Positions 22,102 through 34,369 of a stretch of 64,000 nucleotides of DNA are shown one piece after another; positions within the stretch are counted from its first letter, which is position 1; each line of letters starts with the position of its first letter. A program made the translations under genes and the position numbers. Source of the DNA: Podarcis cretensis (lineage: Eukaryota); NCBI GenBank assembly GCA_951804945.1, contig OX638149.1, positions 34,038,001-34,102,000 on the forward strand, given 5' to 3'. The notes under the pieces are model-generated. The model worked only from the letters and a program-made list of their open reading frames with translations, did no database searches and had not been told where the DNA came from.

Positions 22102-23689
22102 TATCATTAAAATCAAGTAAAATATTGCTGTTTCATGTGATTTTGATATAAAGCCATCTAATGCAACATTCTGGGTTGAATTTGTAGGATATGGAATAAA
22201 ACTGGTTGCCCAACAGGGCTTTCTTGGGTATAACCCCACCCCCACCCCACCGAGGATAGAGGCACTCTCTGGAATAGATGGGGACATTGGGGGGAGGTGC
22301 AATGCAGCAGAATGGTAACAACCAAAGGATTAGATGGAACTCCCTTTAGTTTTTGCTCACAGTGCATGGTCTGAGGTTGATGTTGCATGTAAAGAATATA
22401 CTACCCAGTTTATCTGTATCAGCACCAACTCAGATGCCTCTTCCACTTGGCTTTGGTAATGCATGTATAGTCAGTGGTCTCCTTCATGACATGTTACACT
22501 GTCACAACATCATAGATAGGCTGGAAGCACTTCTTAATCTTTTCCTGGGTTTGCATAACCAGTATAGGGGAGGTTGAGGTTCACAATAGACAAAACTGAG
22601 CTAAATGCCCCAACAAGCTAGCTGTTCTTAAGTGCTCCGTGTGGATAATAATTGCTTTTCGAAATAATACTTGTGAATCCTACACTTTTGTTTTCTTTAT
22701 ATGTCTTTGGATATATTTTAATTTTAATCTGAGATTAAATTTAGGAATAAATTTAGGAACATTTTCTGAATGCCTTTCTTACCTAGTGATCTTGCCACGG
22801 CTGTAGATATCAACAAATGTTTGAAGATGCAGCATAAAGCACTGGTAAAAAATTAACCATTACTTAAAACTGCAAGGGAAATGTAAAAACAACAATAAAT
22901 ATGCAACCAGCCATTCAAATATGCTGGCTTGGGCAATTTTTGGCTAGAAAAGCATAAGTGAGTAATTAGATAATTGCTGCCTTGATTGAGCTTAATAGGA
23001 AACATTTCAATTAGGCTAAAGCTACATTGAGAGGAAGTAGGTTTTTACAAAGGGAAACATTCTTTGCCATGCAACTGTCAGCTTTTGCCCACACTAAGAG
23101 ATGGAATTAAGTGGATCGATGCAAAGGAAACAAAAAGAAAGAAAGAAAAATGATTGCTATAATTAGACATACATGAACATTCAAAAATTAGACTTATAGT
23201 CAAACTGATATAATTCCTTGATGATTCTTGCTTTGATAACATTGCACTTAGAAAGCTCTTGCCTGTAACAAATTAGAGCATTAGGTCTGTGGGACTGGTT
23301 AAATTTCCCCTTGACAAGAGAGAAAGTAATATTAGCGTTTTCTGCTATGTGACTTCCTTGAATTCCCAGGCTACCTACAATGTAAAGAAACAGATAAAAC
23401 CGTTTTGCAATTGGCTCGCTTGGCTGTTGATTTAAGATTAATATATTGATTTACAGAGACCTAGTTCATCTTAAAGAGGCTTGATGGAGCAGATCAGCTG
23501 AAGAGGATATGTTTGTCCATCTCCACAGTAGATAGGAAATATTTTAGGGTGCTTCTACATAGATGCATTTTCTTGTGAACTGTATATCTGATTCATTGGT
23601 ACCCTGGGATAGTATCCAGTTTTAGTCAAAGGAGACCCACAGAAATTTTTGAACAGGGAGGTTCACCTGGCGCCTTCATTATATATTTG

Positions 23690-23858
23690 ACTGATTAATA
23701 ACCTACAACCTTTTAAATGTATCCGTGGGGAGGGGATGTTATTGCTTCGTTGTTTTGCTTTAATTTTTTACTTGTTTTTATCTTGTATTGTATTCTGTGA
23801 ATCGCCATGAGATCTTTTGATGAAGGGTGGCATATAAAGTTAATAAAAAATAATAATG
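23690..23858 (+). mobile_element. L2-type 3' tail remnant
   Basis: T-rich stretch, then tgtgaatcgccatgagatc...gggtggcatataaa and an AAT-rich tail. Confidence 0.5.
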
Positions 23859-23984
23859 ACTAAGGTCCATTACTTTCAGTGGGTTTACTCTGAGTAGAAC
23901 TTAGTTGAATACCACCCATGGCATCCGTAATAGATAAGAACTCTGAACTGGAGGTTTAGTAACTGGTCTGATAGAAGTTCTATG

Positions 23985-24230
23985 AAATTATTGGCATTCT
24001 TCAGTCAGATTGTTAGTCCATTTAGCCTAGCGTTGTCTGGTCTAACTGACTGGCAGAGAGGTTTCCCCAGCTTTTATATCTGAATAAGGACTTAATTCCA
24101 TGGGGTCATGAAGAGTCGGACACGACTAAACAACTAAACAACAACAAAGACTTAATGCCATGTGGTAAGGAGTGAACCTGTGGTTTTTATGCGGGCAAAC
24201 ATTCTGCTTCAGCACTGAACTACAAACCCA
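23985..24230 (-). mobile_element. Degenerate tRNA-derived SINE (Squam3-like), interrupted by a BovB tail
   Basis: agtcagattgttagtccatttagcctagcgttgtct...ctgactggcag is the tail. cactgaactac is the antisense GTAGTTCAGTG A box. Confidence 0.55.
24097..24148 (+). mobile_element. BovB (RTE) extreme 3' end
   Basis: TCCATGGGGTCATGAAGAGTCGGACACGACTAAAC...(CAA)n is the BovB terminus. 8-bp TSD GACTTAAT at 24089-24096 and 24149-24156. Confidence 0.88.
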
Positions 24231-25593
24231 CCCCCTATCACAGACAGAATTTCTGAAATTTGATTGACAATTGTTTTCTACCACAGAATGATTCTACCAC
24301 AAAGCACATTCCTACCCCACCCGTTTTTGCAATGAAAAGAAATCTTGGCTATGTCTTGCAGATTCTTTCCTGTCAAAGTGTATCTGAGAATGGGCAGAGG
24401 GAGAGAGAGGGTGAAAAGTCAAAATTACCAAGTACATTGAGCATGAAATTGAGGAGCTCAAGGGAGAGTTTCATTTTCCTGCTTAAAATCAAAAAGAAAC
24501 CTAGCTCCTGATAATAATTCTAACAACAAAGACCAGACTGGGAATGATTTATGTCATATTTTCCCTCATCAATAAGTTATAAAATGCAATAAAATAAAAT
24601 AAATCCAATTCATGTATTTGTTAAATAGTGTGTGTGTATGTGTGTGTCTATTTTCATTGTGTGGCAGTAAGTTCCCTTAAAGAGCCTTCTGGAATAGTAG
24701 TACTGAAACCTGGTACTGAGTTTGTTTAGCCTGGAAATATTTTGCCTGAGGTAAAGAACCATTGGAGATTTGCATATCCGCAGTTATAATTTAGTCATTT
24801 GTGTTTGGCTGATGTATGACAAATTGACTAATGACTGCCCTGAAGAGGAATGCTTGCCAGCCTGACATTTTGGATACAGAATTCTCAAACCAATACTGAG
24901 GCATGCTGCCTGCATAAAGGACAGAGCCTCTTAAACTTTTGCTTTTCCATCGATTTGTATTCTGCTTGCAGTCTTTCCTCCAGGAGCTGGATTTAGATGA
25001 AGCTCTGTATTCTGACAGAAGCTTGACTCCCTGCCAGAAAAACTGGAAATGGAGGCAACCTAAAGTAAATACTGATAATATTTCTCTCCCTCTCTTTTAC
25101 TCTTGAACATTTTTTTTAATAAAAAGGAAAGGCATATGTTCATAGCCTAACTTGTCCCAATAGAGGGTCAATTACAACCATTTGGCTGCAAATCCAATCC
25201 AAGAAAAATACAAAGTAAAGAAACAGCAACAGCAGGTACCCAGGGCCCCCACTACAGTCAGATGTTCTCGGTACATGTCAAATGTGAACATAAAGCCTAT
25301 GGGTAAGATATTTTTCATCCTTCAGTTTCCCATGAAAGTCCAAAATGAATCAATAAACCAGGGAGACATTTTTGCATAGTTAGGTATTTTCCTGCATAGT
25401 CCTATAAATGTCTACAAAGATGTGAGTTCTTTTAACAGGAATCATGAGGAAAATAAATTCATATCTGATTTAGATAAAAATTGTCTGGCCAGATATTTAC
25501 ATACATATGCAAATCCAAGTTAATCAGGGCAACAGAGAGACTGAAATCCAAGGCTTACAGAGATGAAGTTCAAATGGTGACATATTTATAAAC

Positions 25594-25733
25594 CAGCGTT
25601 TCCAAAACTTGGGTCTCCAGCTGTTTTGGGGCTACAGCTCCCATCATCCCTAGCTAGCTAGTAGGACCAGAGCTCAGGGATGATGGGAATTGTAGTCCAA
25701 AAACAGCTGGAGACCCAAGTTTGGGAAACCCTG
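25594..25733. mobile_element. hAT MITE, 140-bp near-perfect hairpin
   Basis: Arms of about 55 bp, CAGCGTTTCCAAAACTTGGGTCTCCAGCTGTTTT... / ...AAAACAGCTGGAGACCCAAGTTTGGGAAACCCTG. 8-bp TSD TTATAAAC / ATATAAAC. Confidence 0.92.
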
Positions 25734-26104
25734 ATATAAACGGTCCCAAAGCATGGTTGGAAAGCACCTGATCTATTTCTGAAGCTGTGTAAATAGCAAC
25801 TATCTTGAAATCCACCTTCCTCACTTCTACCACATACATACAGCTCTATGATTTTGGCCCAAGGTAGGGATGCAGATGACTACACAATACAATAACAGAA
25901 CAGTGAAGAGACTTTGTAACAGTATAGAGAAAACTATGGATACACTTGATCTAGCAATTTGCTGCAGACGTTAAGAGATAAGCTTGTATGGGTTGTTCCA
26001 TGCCACGTATTCAGTGTGCTGTTTCTGAAGTTGAGTGCACAGGATGTCAGGCAGTGCAGTAATCTTATTTAAAACCTTATTTAAAACCCTACACAAATGC
26101 ATAG

Positions 26105-26349
26105 TGGAGTCCCTAAAACAGTTGGATGGGGCCTTGTGTTCTAGCAACTCCTGCAGCCAAGTTGGTGCCAAACATATTGCTCTGCTTTGCTTTAGACCAC
26201 TTCAGCAAGCCCAAGATGGGGCTATTGCCATCTGGGCAGCCCAGGACCTCCATACTCACTGCCCAGGCTTGCACCCCAGGGAGGTCACTTTGGGGCTGCT
26301 AACACAGTGGTCTGACTTCACCCCTGGAGGCACACTCCATTGTCTCTCG
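26105..26349 (+). mobile_element. RTE-related non-autonomous element or 3' end running into the gap
   Basis: ggtctgacttcacccctggaggcacactccattgtctctcg resembles the RTE terminus on the minus strand at 26774-26826. Confidence 0.55.
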
Positions 26350-26526
26350 NNNNNNNNNNNNNNNNNNNNNNNNNNNNNNNNNNNNNNNNNNNNNNNNNNN
26401 NNNNNNNNNNNNNNNNNNNNNNNNNNNNNNNNNNNNNNNNNNNNNNNNNNNNNNNNNNNNNNNNNNNNNNNNNNNNNNNNNNNNNNNNNNNNNNNNNNNN
26501 NNNNNNNNNNNNNNNNNNNNNNNNNN
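26350..26526. other. Assembly gap (177 N)
   Basis: Run of N. Confidence 1.
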
Positions 26527-26773
26527 AATATAATGAAACAAGTAAAAAAAAAAGAGAAAAAAACACAAAAGAGAAAAATATAAATGTTAAACAATACAAA
26601 ATAGACACTCATGGTAGAGCCCTCTTCATCAAGCTGGGAAGACTTGTCATAGCAAAAATGTCTTCTGTTGTTTCTGGAAAGTACACACAGTGGATGTATG
26701 TTATATCTTGACATAAATGCTGTTCCAGAGTTGGAGTCTAAAACAACTGAAGAGCACCAGGTTGGCAAATATT

Positions 26774-27055
26774 TGTTGGCATCAGGAGGCAATGGAGGAA
26801 TGCGCTTTTGGAGGCGAAGTCAAACTGTTGGAGAGTTACACTGTCTTCTGTGGCTGCAGAGACTGATATGGGAGAGACTGTTTTTTTGCAGCTGGGGCAG
26901 ATGAATGCGTTCGGTTGTGCTGCTGCAGTTGCACCACAACATTTCTTCATTCTGTGCTCCTCCCAGTAGTCGTTCCTGACTCTGGTCACTGCTGTGGATA
27001 GACAACCTGACTGCCTGTCTCCAGGCACTGCAGTCATCTGCAAGGGATTCCCACT
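26774..27055 (-). mobile_element. RTE-clade LINE 3' end
   Basis: Frameshifted C2H2-like finger FICPSC.K...SHISLCSHRRQC, preceded by a WESLADD-like segment. Ends ctccattg...gatgccaacaa. Confidence 0.8.
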
Positions 27056-27651
27056 CAGAGTTGGTCTGCCAATGCGCCTAATGCCTGAAGCCAGGCTTCC
27101 CTATACAGCAGCACATCCTCGTGAACTCAGACATGAACCTAAGGTTTCCTCAAATGAGCAAGGGACGTCTGGCCCTCCAGCATATTTCCACATTGGCAAT
27201 CACTTCTAGGAGCCATCAAATCTAGATGTCACTGCCTCAGAACTGGGGGTCCTGATCCCAGCTCTCTGGGTTTCTGGGTGGTTCTCAGACCCCTCTTCAT
27301 CTCCACCTGGGCTGTAGAACAGTGTGGAGTATCAATCAATGGCTCTTAGGATTTAGGAACCTGTTTTCTAACTCTGAATTTAATAGTTAAACTAAAACTA
27401 TGTTAATAGATTATGTTTGGTTGCATTAAATCATTTTATGCTGCATACATTTTTCCTCACTGATGCAGTGAATGACTTTTGGAAAGGTTAAAAGGTGACA
27501 ACCCTACCAAGAAAATAGGCGTGATTCAAGGAGGGCATGGTCTGACACATAAGATTACAGATTGTCTCTAAAGATCTGCCTTTTAGATCTCTGGTCAAAA
27601 ATTCCTTGTGAATGTGAAAGTTTTGATTCTGAAATTGCAGAGGAGCTTGTA

Positions 27652-28195
27652 CAGTGGTACCTCGGTTTTCGAACGTCTCGGAAATTGAACATTTCGGTTT
27701 TCAAACGCTGAAAACCTGGAAGTAACTGCTTCAGTTTTCAAACACTTTTCAGAAGTTGAATGTGCCACGTGCAGCAGCGTAGCTAGCCGCTCGGGTGCCT
27801 GGTGCGGGGCATGTCCTGCAGCCGGGGCGAGCATCTCTGATGCTTGGAGCCTCTTCACCACCTCCCCTTCAGCTGTAGGGCGGCTGAGGGAGAGGCAGTA
27901 GGCAGACGCAAGTCCCACGCTGCTGTTTCAGGCAGCGCGGAACCTGCAGGTGCCTCAGCCACCATGTCACTCCTAAAACGTTTTGTGAGCCCAATTTTTT
28001 AAAAACTCATTTTGTCACACACACACCCTCAGTGATGACACCCGGGGTGGGCCGCACCCCCCTTTCCTCCGCCATTGGCCAAGTGGCTTCCATATTGAGT
28101 TTTCCATAAGTAAATGCTTCTGGAAGCATTGCTTTGGTTTTCAAACATTTCGGAAGTTGAACGGTCTTCCGGAACAGAAAACCGAGCTACCACTG
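27652..28195. mobile_element. Tigger-like MITE carrying a nested hAT MITE
   Basis: TIRs CAGTGGTACCTCGGTTTTC / GAAAACCGAGCTACCACTG, TA at 27650-27651 and 28196-28197. Confidence 0.9.
27772..28077. mobile_element. GC-rich hAT MITE nested in the Tigger-like MITE
   Basis: Decayed TIRs CAGCAGCGTAG / CTCCGCCATTG. 8-bp TSD GCCACGTG (27764-27771) / GCCAAGTG (28078-28085). Confidence 0.75.
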
Positions 28196-28323
28196 TATTT
28201 TGAAGAGGGTTGGACAACAGAGTTAAGACAACAATATGTTATCTTTCTTTGAAGGTAACAGATTTCCTATATAAGGTTGGGCTCACTCAAGTTTCCTACT
28301 GCTGAAATGGCGTTTGACCATAT

Positions 28324-28735
28324 TGCAGGATGTTAGCATCCAAAATGCATACGGTATGTAAAGGGTTAATTGCAAGAGGTGTGGAACTCTGAGATGTCAT
28401 ATACCTTCTGGCAGTTATGGCAGTTGGTACAGTTATGGCAGTTAATGCTAATCTTAACAGTTAGAGCAGCAGGTATGCTATGTTGTGCCTCTAACCGTCT
28501 GTCACAGTTTAATCTATGTAAGAAATATTAGCAACTTAAGAAACAGACCCCTGCACTGTATATTTACTCTGCAGCTGTAAGTACACCAAGTAAAAGTTAT
28601 TTGTTCCTTAAACTTTAAAAGAGAGTATCTCGCGTAGTTTTTATAGGAGGGAAAAGAGAACTAATTAACGGGTCAAACGACCCAGGGCTGACATCCGCAT
28701 ACTCTGCAAATGGGAACTAGTGTCTAATTCCCACA
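28324..28735 (+). mobile_element. Solo LTR, 412 bp
   Basis: Starts TG and ends CA, with imperfect terminal IR TGCAGGA/TCCCACA. 5-bp TSD CATAT at 28319-28323 and 28736-28740. Internal CAGTTATGG repeats and an AGTAAA poly-A-like signal near 28589. Confidence 0.7.
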
Positions 28736-29556
28736 CATATGCAGCAAAAGCGTGCTCCTTCTTGCCTCGGCCTGCTTATTTCTGTTGCAGAGCATTTGCT
28801 GGTGAATATGGCAATCTTTCCTGTCTTCTTTCCACACCAGGGTCTCATTATGGAACTGTCATTGTAACACAGGTGCTATTTGCTCAAAATAGATGCAACC
28901 AAACAGAAGGGAGACTTATTCAGCAGAAGAACTGGCTTTATTGGGGAAAAGGGATAATTTAGTTTCAATATGTACCATCCAAGAAGAAGAAGAAAAATGG
29001 AAAATTCCTGTCATCATCTTCACTGTTTCCAACAGGCCTCCTTGTTGAACTGGAATCACTTCTGGATTTGATTTGGACTAATCTGACTGCTGAATATTTC
29101 TAGTTGCTGAGTATTTTGTAAATGAGACACAATTTAGAAACTTGCACCACCCTGAAGCATTTTTAAAGTTAACAATTTTTTAAAAGTCTGCATGACAGAA
29201 AGAAGCTCAAGGCTCGCTTGTGAAAATGGCAAAACACATCAGGGCTGCTTTTCCTAAAACATTGGAAATACTGAACTAACGCACAAGTATGAAAAATTAT
29301 ACTGCTATATGATTGAGGTGCCAATCCTATAATAACTTAGAAAGTAAATGCTATTGAACTCAGTGGGGTTTACTTCTAAGTAGACACGTATAAGATAGCA
29401 CTATATAGGAAGCTGGTACACTAATATTTATATTAGTTTGCAGCCTGTACCACATTAATCATGCAACGCTGGAGGTTGGTATGGTGTGATTTGATTTGTT
29501 CTGCTGGAGTTGTTTGTTGCTTATGTCTTTGGATTGGGTTTGGTTTCTATATGTTC

Positions 29557-29899
29557 AGACCCTCCCAGTGTCCCTATTTCCCAGGGACAGTTGCAGATTT
29601 ACATAAGCTGTCCCAGTTTCTGATTTGATCCCAGAACATCTCACTTTTCCTTAGGACGTCCCTATTTTCATCAGATAGATGTTGGAGGGTATAGAGTTAT
29701 GCAACCCCTGAGCTGTCTCAAGGCAGTACTGTATAGGGAAGTTTTTAAATGTTAAATGTTTTATTATGTTTTTATATATATTGGAAGCCACCCAGAGTGG
29801 CTAGGGTAACCATGCCAGATGGGTGGGGTATAAATAGTAAATTTATTATTATGGAATAGAACGTCCCTATTTTCATAGGAGAAATGTTGGAGAGGATGT
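29557..29899. mobile_element. Composite MITE-like element with duplicated right end enclosing an L2-type tail
   Basis: Left end CAGACCCTCC...GTCCCTATTT. The right-end block ACGTCCCTATTTTCAT..GA.A.ATGTTGGAG.G.AT occurs at about 29656-29692 and 29861-29899, flanking ttggaagccacccagagtggct...gggtggggtataaat. Confidence 0.65.
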
Positions 29900-30423
29900 A
29901 TGTTGTGTTTCTGTTTGTGGGCCTTCGATTTTCAAAAATATGTGGTATTTTCAGTTCCATTACTTTCCACAGCCAGGTCTGTAGCTTTCTGTGTTTCGCC
30001 CTCCCCCCCACAAGATTTCAAAGTGGATTAGAAGTTATTGTGCCTCAATAGTGCCCTTCTATAGCTTATAGGCTGTGTGGCCATTTTACATTTGCATGCC
30101 AGTGCTTTCTTGACCACCTCCAGGGATCAAGTATGAAGTTTGCAGATTGTTCATCCAAACCATAGATGCCAACTCTAAGAGGCTGAGGTGTCCTCAAAGT
30201 ATGTGGGGACAGGGCTGAACCCTCCCAATCTTGAGGGCCGAGGGCTTCCTGTAGTGGCAGCGGGCCTTGCTGGACCTCCCCGCAGTGGTGGCAGGTCTCA
30301 TTGGGTCTCCCCATGGTGGTAGTGGGCCTTGGCATGTCTCTTGGCCTCTTCCTGACATGCGTGATATTGCTAGAATATTGTATTTTAAAGTTTATAAAGT
30401 CTTTCTAGCCAATGTGGTAAATA

Positions 30424-30545
30424 AGGGTTGCCATATTTCAAAAAATGAAGATACGGACACAAACGTTGTTGAGCTTTTTTCAACATGGACACTAATTCCG
30501 ACTGCAATATTCCGGGTGTGCGCAGGCATTTTTTGGGCCACCTCT
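30424..30545. mobile_element. Degenerate AGGGTTGCCA-type MITE
   Basis: agggttgccatatt...gttgttgagctttttt...gggccacct. A related fragment, tagggttgccatat...aaaaaagctcaacaac, lies at 21041-21101. Confidence 0.5.
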
Positions 30546-32407
30546 CACGAAATGTCTCTTGGCCCTTTTTCGGATCAGGGCAAGTTGAGGCAGGGAGGTG
30601 GCGACAGAGATTCTTGCCTCACTGCATGGGCATAATGAGGAGGGCATGAGTTCCAATTCACTGCTTCTGTCACCAGAGACAGTGGACTCCTTCTGCCTCA
30701 TTATTGGGGAAGGAAATATGTTAGACGAATAGACAACATTAACCACAAGGAGGTAGATTCTCTAGACTGAGGGAATGCTAAAGAGACAAGCCACTGCTCC
30801 GTATAAAAATGTGATCTGCTTTTTCAACAGGTGGAACTTCTGTGAGAAAGTTGCGGGCGGAGTGGGGGCAAATGTGCTGCCCAAGCTTTTTTGGTGTTTT
30901 TCCTAGAGCAGTTCCACAAGCTGAAGAGACAAATCTCTTTTTTAAACTGATCAGTGGCTTGCCTCTTGGGCAAGAGGACCCTCTGTGGCAAAAAAAAACC
31001 TAAAGAGAAAGCTCCGGCAGTGGTTATCTTTGGCACATGCACAGAGCCTCATCATCGCATAAGCTCAGAGGGCAGGCCAATACCCTTTCAAAGACAATAT
31101 CCTTATACAAAACTGTGAAAACCACAGAAGGGCACTATCAGTAGAGAAGCTGGGATTAAGGAATGAGTCCTTCCCTGGGAGTTTCTCAAACGCTACCCCG
31201 CCTCCCTGCCCCAGGTTGCTCATGCAGAGTATCTTGTGGCCTACTGTAAGTTGGGGGGTGAGAACGCAAGCATATTCCTGCTGTGTAATGAAAGGAAAAG
31301 ACAACCAGTGAGTGGCTATACATATGTATACACACTGAGGTTATGCCACTCGCTGGGGTGCCTGTCCCAAACCTAGTTCTGGCTATGCCTGAATGGTTGC
31401 ATTCCTTTCCCTTCCCCTCCTCTCTCTTTTCCTTTGCTACACTACTGGTGGTCTGCTGGACTATGTGCAGATGTTTCTCCCATGCTATTTCATGCTTACT
31501 TTAAAGTGGCTGTTTAGTAGGGGAATAGAGAATCAACACATGGGGGACCATCTGCTCCGATGGTGTTCCTAAGCAAACAGCAGATAGCCCTGCCACTGTC
31601 TTTGATCCCATATCGCTGCTTTTGGCTTAAGTTTCAGGCTGCTGAGCAAAGGTGCATGTGAGCTTGTGCTTTCTGCCCTTTCTTTCACAGTAGCAGTCCT
31701 TACAGATGTTTGCTCTGGGACTTTCTTTTCCAGTCTGTTTCTCCTGTCACTCTGACTGTGACTGGAGGACTTGATTTCCTGGCTTTTCTCTCTCTCCTCT
31801 GTGAAGCCAAGATGCTTCTTCCAGTCAGCGACTCGTTTCTCAGCTGTTCTGGTGTTTGTGCTTTATTTGTGTACCCTCAGATGTACAACCCTACATTTGG
31901 TTTCTCCTTTCAGAGGAGGCCAGGCTCAGCACTGAATGTTATAATCCTTTCCAAATCAGGTGTCACACCAAAAAGAAGAAAATTCAATATTTGTGTTGTT
32001 AAAGACAACATAGAAAGAATTGTTCTAAGCACCAAGGACAGGCAGCAGCACACTACATAAAAATGGCATTTAAATGGCATTTGGGTGCTTGCATTTTGGT
32101 TGTATTCAGGACCATGAAATTCTTATTTGTTTAACATGACAGAGCATTTGTCTCTGGAGGACAAATATTGAGGACAAATATTAAGACTACCCCCTCATGA
32201 ATCACAGACAATGCTCAGGGAGAAAGCAGGAATTGCCTTTTTGTATTCTGTCAATTGATAAGTATGCCTGGGCTTTCAGGGGGAAATCTTGATTTTCAGT
32301 AATTGTAATTTTGCTTTTTAAAGTGTGCTAAGATCTTATGTATGGGTTAGATAAAATATGTTAAATATTAAATACATTGTAAATCACCTGGAGACCTTTT
32401 AGTGTTA

Positions 32408-32769
32408 AAGGTAAGGTAAAGGTACCCCTGCCCGTACGGGCCAGTCTTGACAGACTCTGGGGTTGTGCGCCCATCTCACTTAAGAGGCCAGGGGCCAGCG
32501 CTGTCCGGAGACACTTCCGGGTCACGTGGCCAGCGTGACATCGCTGCTCTGGCGAGCCAGAGCCGCACACGGAAACGCCGTTTACCTTCCCGCTGGTAAG
32601 CGGTCCCTATTTATCTACTTGCACCCGGAGGTGCTTTCGAACTGCTAGGTTGGCAGGCGCTGGGACCGAGCAGCGGGAGCGCACCCCGCTGCAGGGATTC
32701 GAACCGCCGACCTTTCGATCGGCAAGTCCTAGGCGCTGAGGCTTTAACCCACAGCACCACCTGCGTCCC
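32408..32769 (-). mobile_element. Sauria SINE (young subfamily), full length
   Basis: Near-identical to the 6929, 12977 and 61722 copies. TSD CCTTTTAGTGTTA at 32395-32407 and 32768-32780. Confidence 0.95.
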
Positions 32770-33843
32770 TTTTAGTGTTACAAGTGACTAATAAGTTGGA
32801 TAAATAATAATAATAATTGAAACTACTCTAGTGGTATCAAAGATAGCGGTTAGGGCCAGGCAGAGAACTGGAAAGAAAGGGAGCAGAAATGCTTGAGAAT
32901 AGCCCTCTGAACTCACTAGGACTTATTTCTTTGTAAACCTACATAGGATCATTCTGAAGATCCCATGTTCATTCCAGAGCTCTACATGAACCCAATTCTT
33001 ATATGTAAGAATTCTGTTTGCTGTCTTAATACCTTTGAAAGAGATGAATAAATAGAATGTTTTGGTGTGTGTGTTTTTCTACAGACAATTGGAAATTACT
33101 GTGCTGCTGTTCTATTTTCCAGATGTGGAAAACAGCTTGTCTTTCTCTTTCCTGTTTTAAAGAGGCTAGTCTAGCTGAATTTGTTTCAGATGGCAATGAA
33201 ATTAGAGGCACACATGGAACTGGGAATGTTCATTTTTGCATTACCCTACTAATTAATTAGGAGTGATGAAAAATCACTGCAGAAGTCTTCACTAGGCTTT
33301 TTAATCAAGTTAAATCCAGACACAGTATTGCTGCTTTTAGACATCTCAGCTTGAGCTACTTTATTGAGTCCACTTGGTTTGCACCTCAACCTAAGTATTG
33401 CATGAAATAAAGTATTTTGTTGGAACTGTACAGTTGTGCATGAACATGTACAGCTTAAAACTTTGCGATTGATTAATCCTACAAAAGATGAAATCTTCCC
33501 TAGTTCAATTCCATAATGGAAGCTAGGCCTGCTGCAGCAGCCGTGAACCAAGCTTTAGAACTGGTTCTTTCCTTTCCCTAGTAATTTGTGAACCTCTGCA
33601 CTGCCACTCCTTCCCATTCCGCTAAGTAATGTGAGAAACCCCAGACCACATTCCCTGTCAAGCGAAAATATTCAAGGAGGGCATGGAGCAAGGGAGTCCT
33701 GATAGCCCCCCAGAGAAACTGGTTGTGGAGGGGGGGCAGTCAATCCCCAAGCATGAGATTCTCCACCCTTAGACTCTGGCCAATGTGTGTGCATTCTGCT
33801 CAGTGATGTCACTTTATCTGTATCAAAAAGCTATGGAAAAGCA

Positions 33844-33845
<2 letters not shown>

Positions 33846-33889
<44 letters not shown>

Positions 33890-34369
33890 TTTTTTATTTA
33901 TACCCTGCCTTCCCCTGCCAGAACCGGGCTCAGGGCGGCCAACACCAATAAATTTACAATAAAACGAAATAGAAAAAAAAGAAGTTAATTAAAATATGGG
34001 TAGTACCCCATAAATCAAAACCATAAGGGGAGGGAAACATAAGGGTCAGACTAAGTCCAAACCAAAGGCCAGGTGGAACAGTTCCGTCTTGCAGGCCCCA
34101 CGGAAAGATATCAAATCCCGCAAGGACCTGGTCTCTTGTGACAAATTGTTCCACCAAGTCGGGGCCAGTACTGAAAAGACCCTGGCCCTAGTTGAAACCA
34201 ATCTAACCACATTGTGGCTTGGGACCTCCAAAGTGTTGTTATTTGTGGACCTTAAGGTCCTCTGCGGGGCATACCAGGAGAGGCGGTCCCATAGGTATGA
34301 GGGTCCTAGGCTGCATAGGGCTTTAAAGGTCAAAACCAGCACCTTAAACCTGACCCTGTACTCCACCGG
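33846..34369 (-). mobile_element. L2 LINE 3' end with (TTA)n tail
   Basis: ORF EYRVRFKVLVLTFKAL..LGPSYL.DRL..Y.P.RTLRS...RVFSVLAPTWWNNL...FR...KTELF..AF is the L2 ORF2 C-terminus. (AAT)n at 33847-33889. Confidence 0.92.

Noticed and set aside
26035-26792. Long ORFs spanning the gap
   Set aside because: Artefacts of translating N as X.
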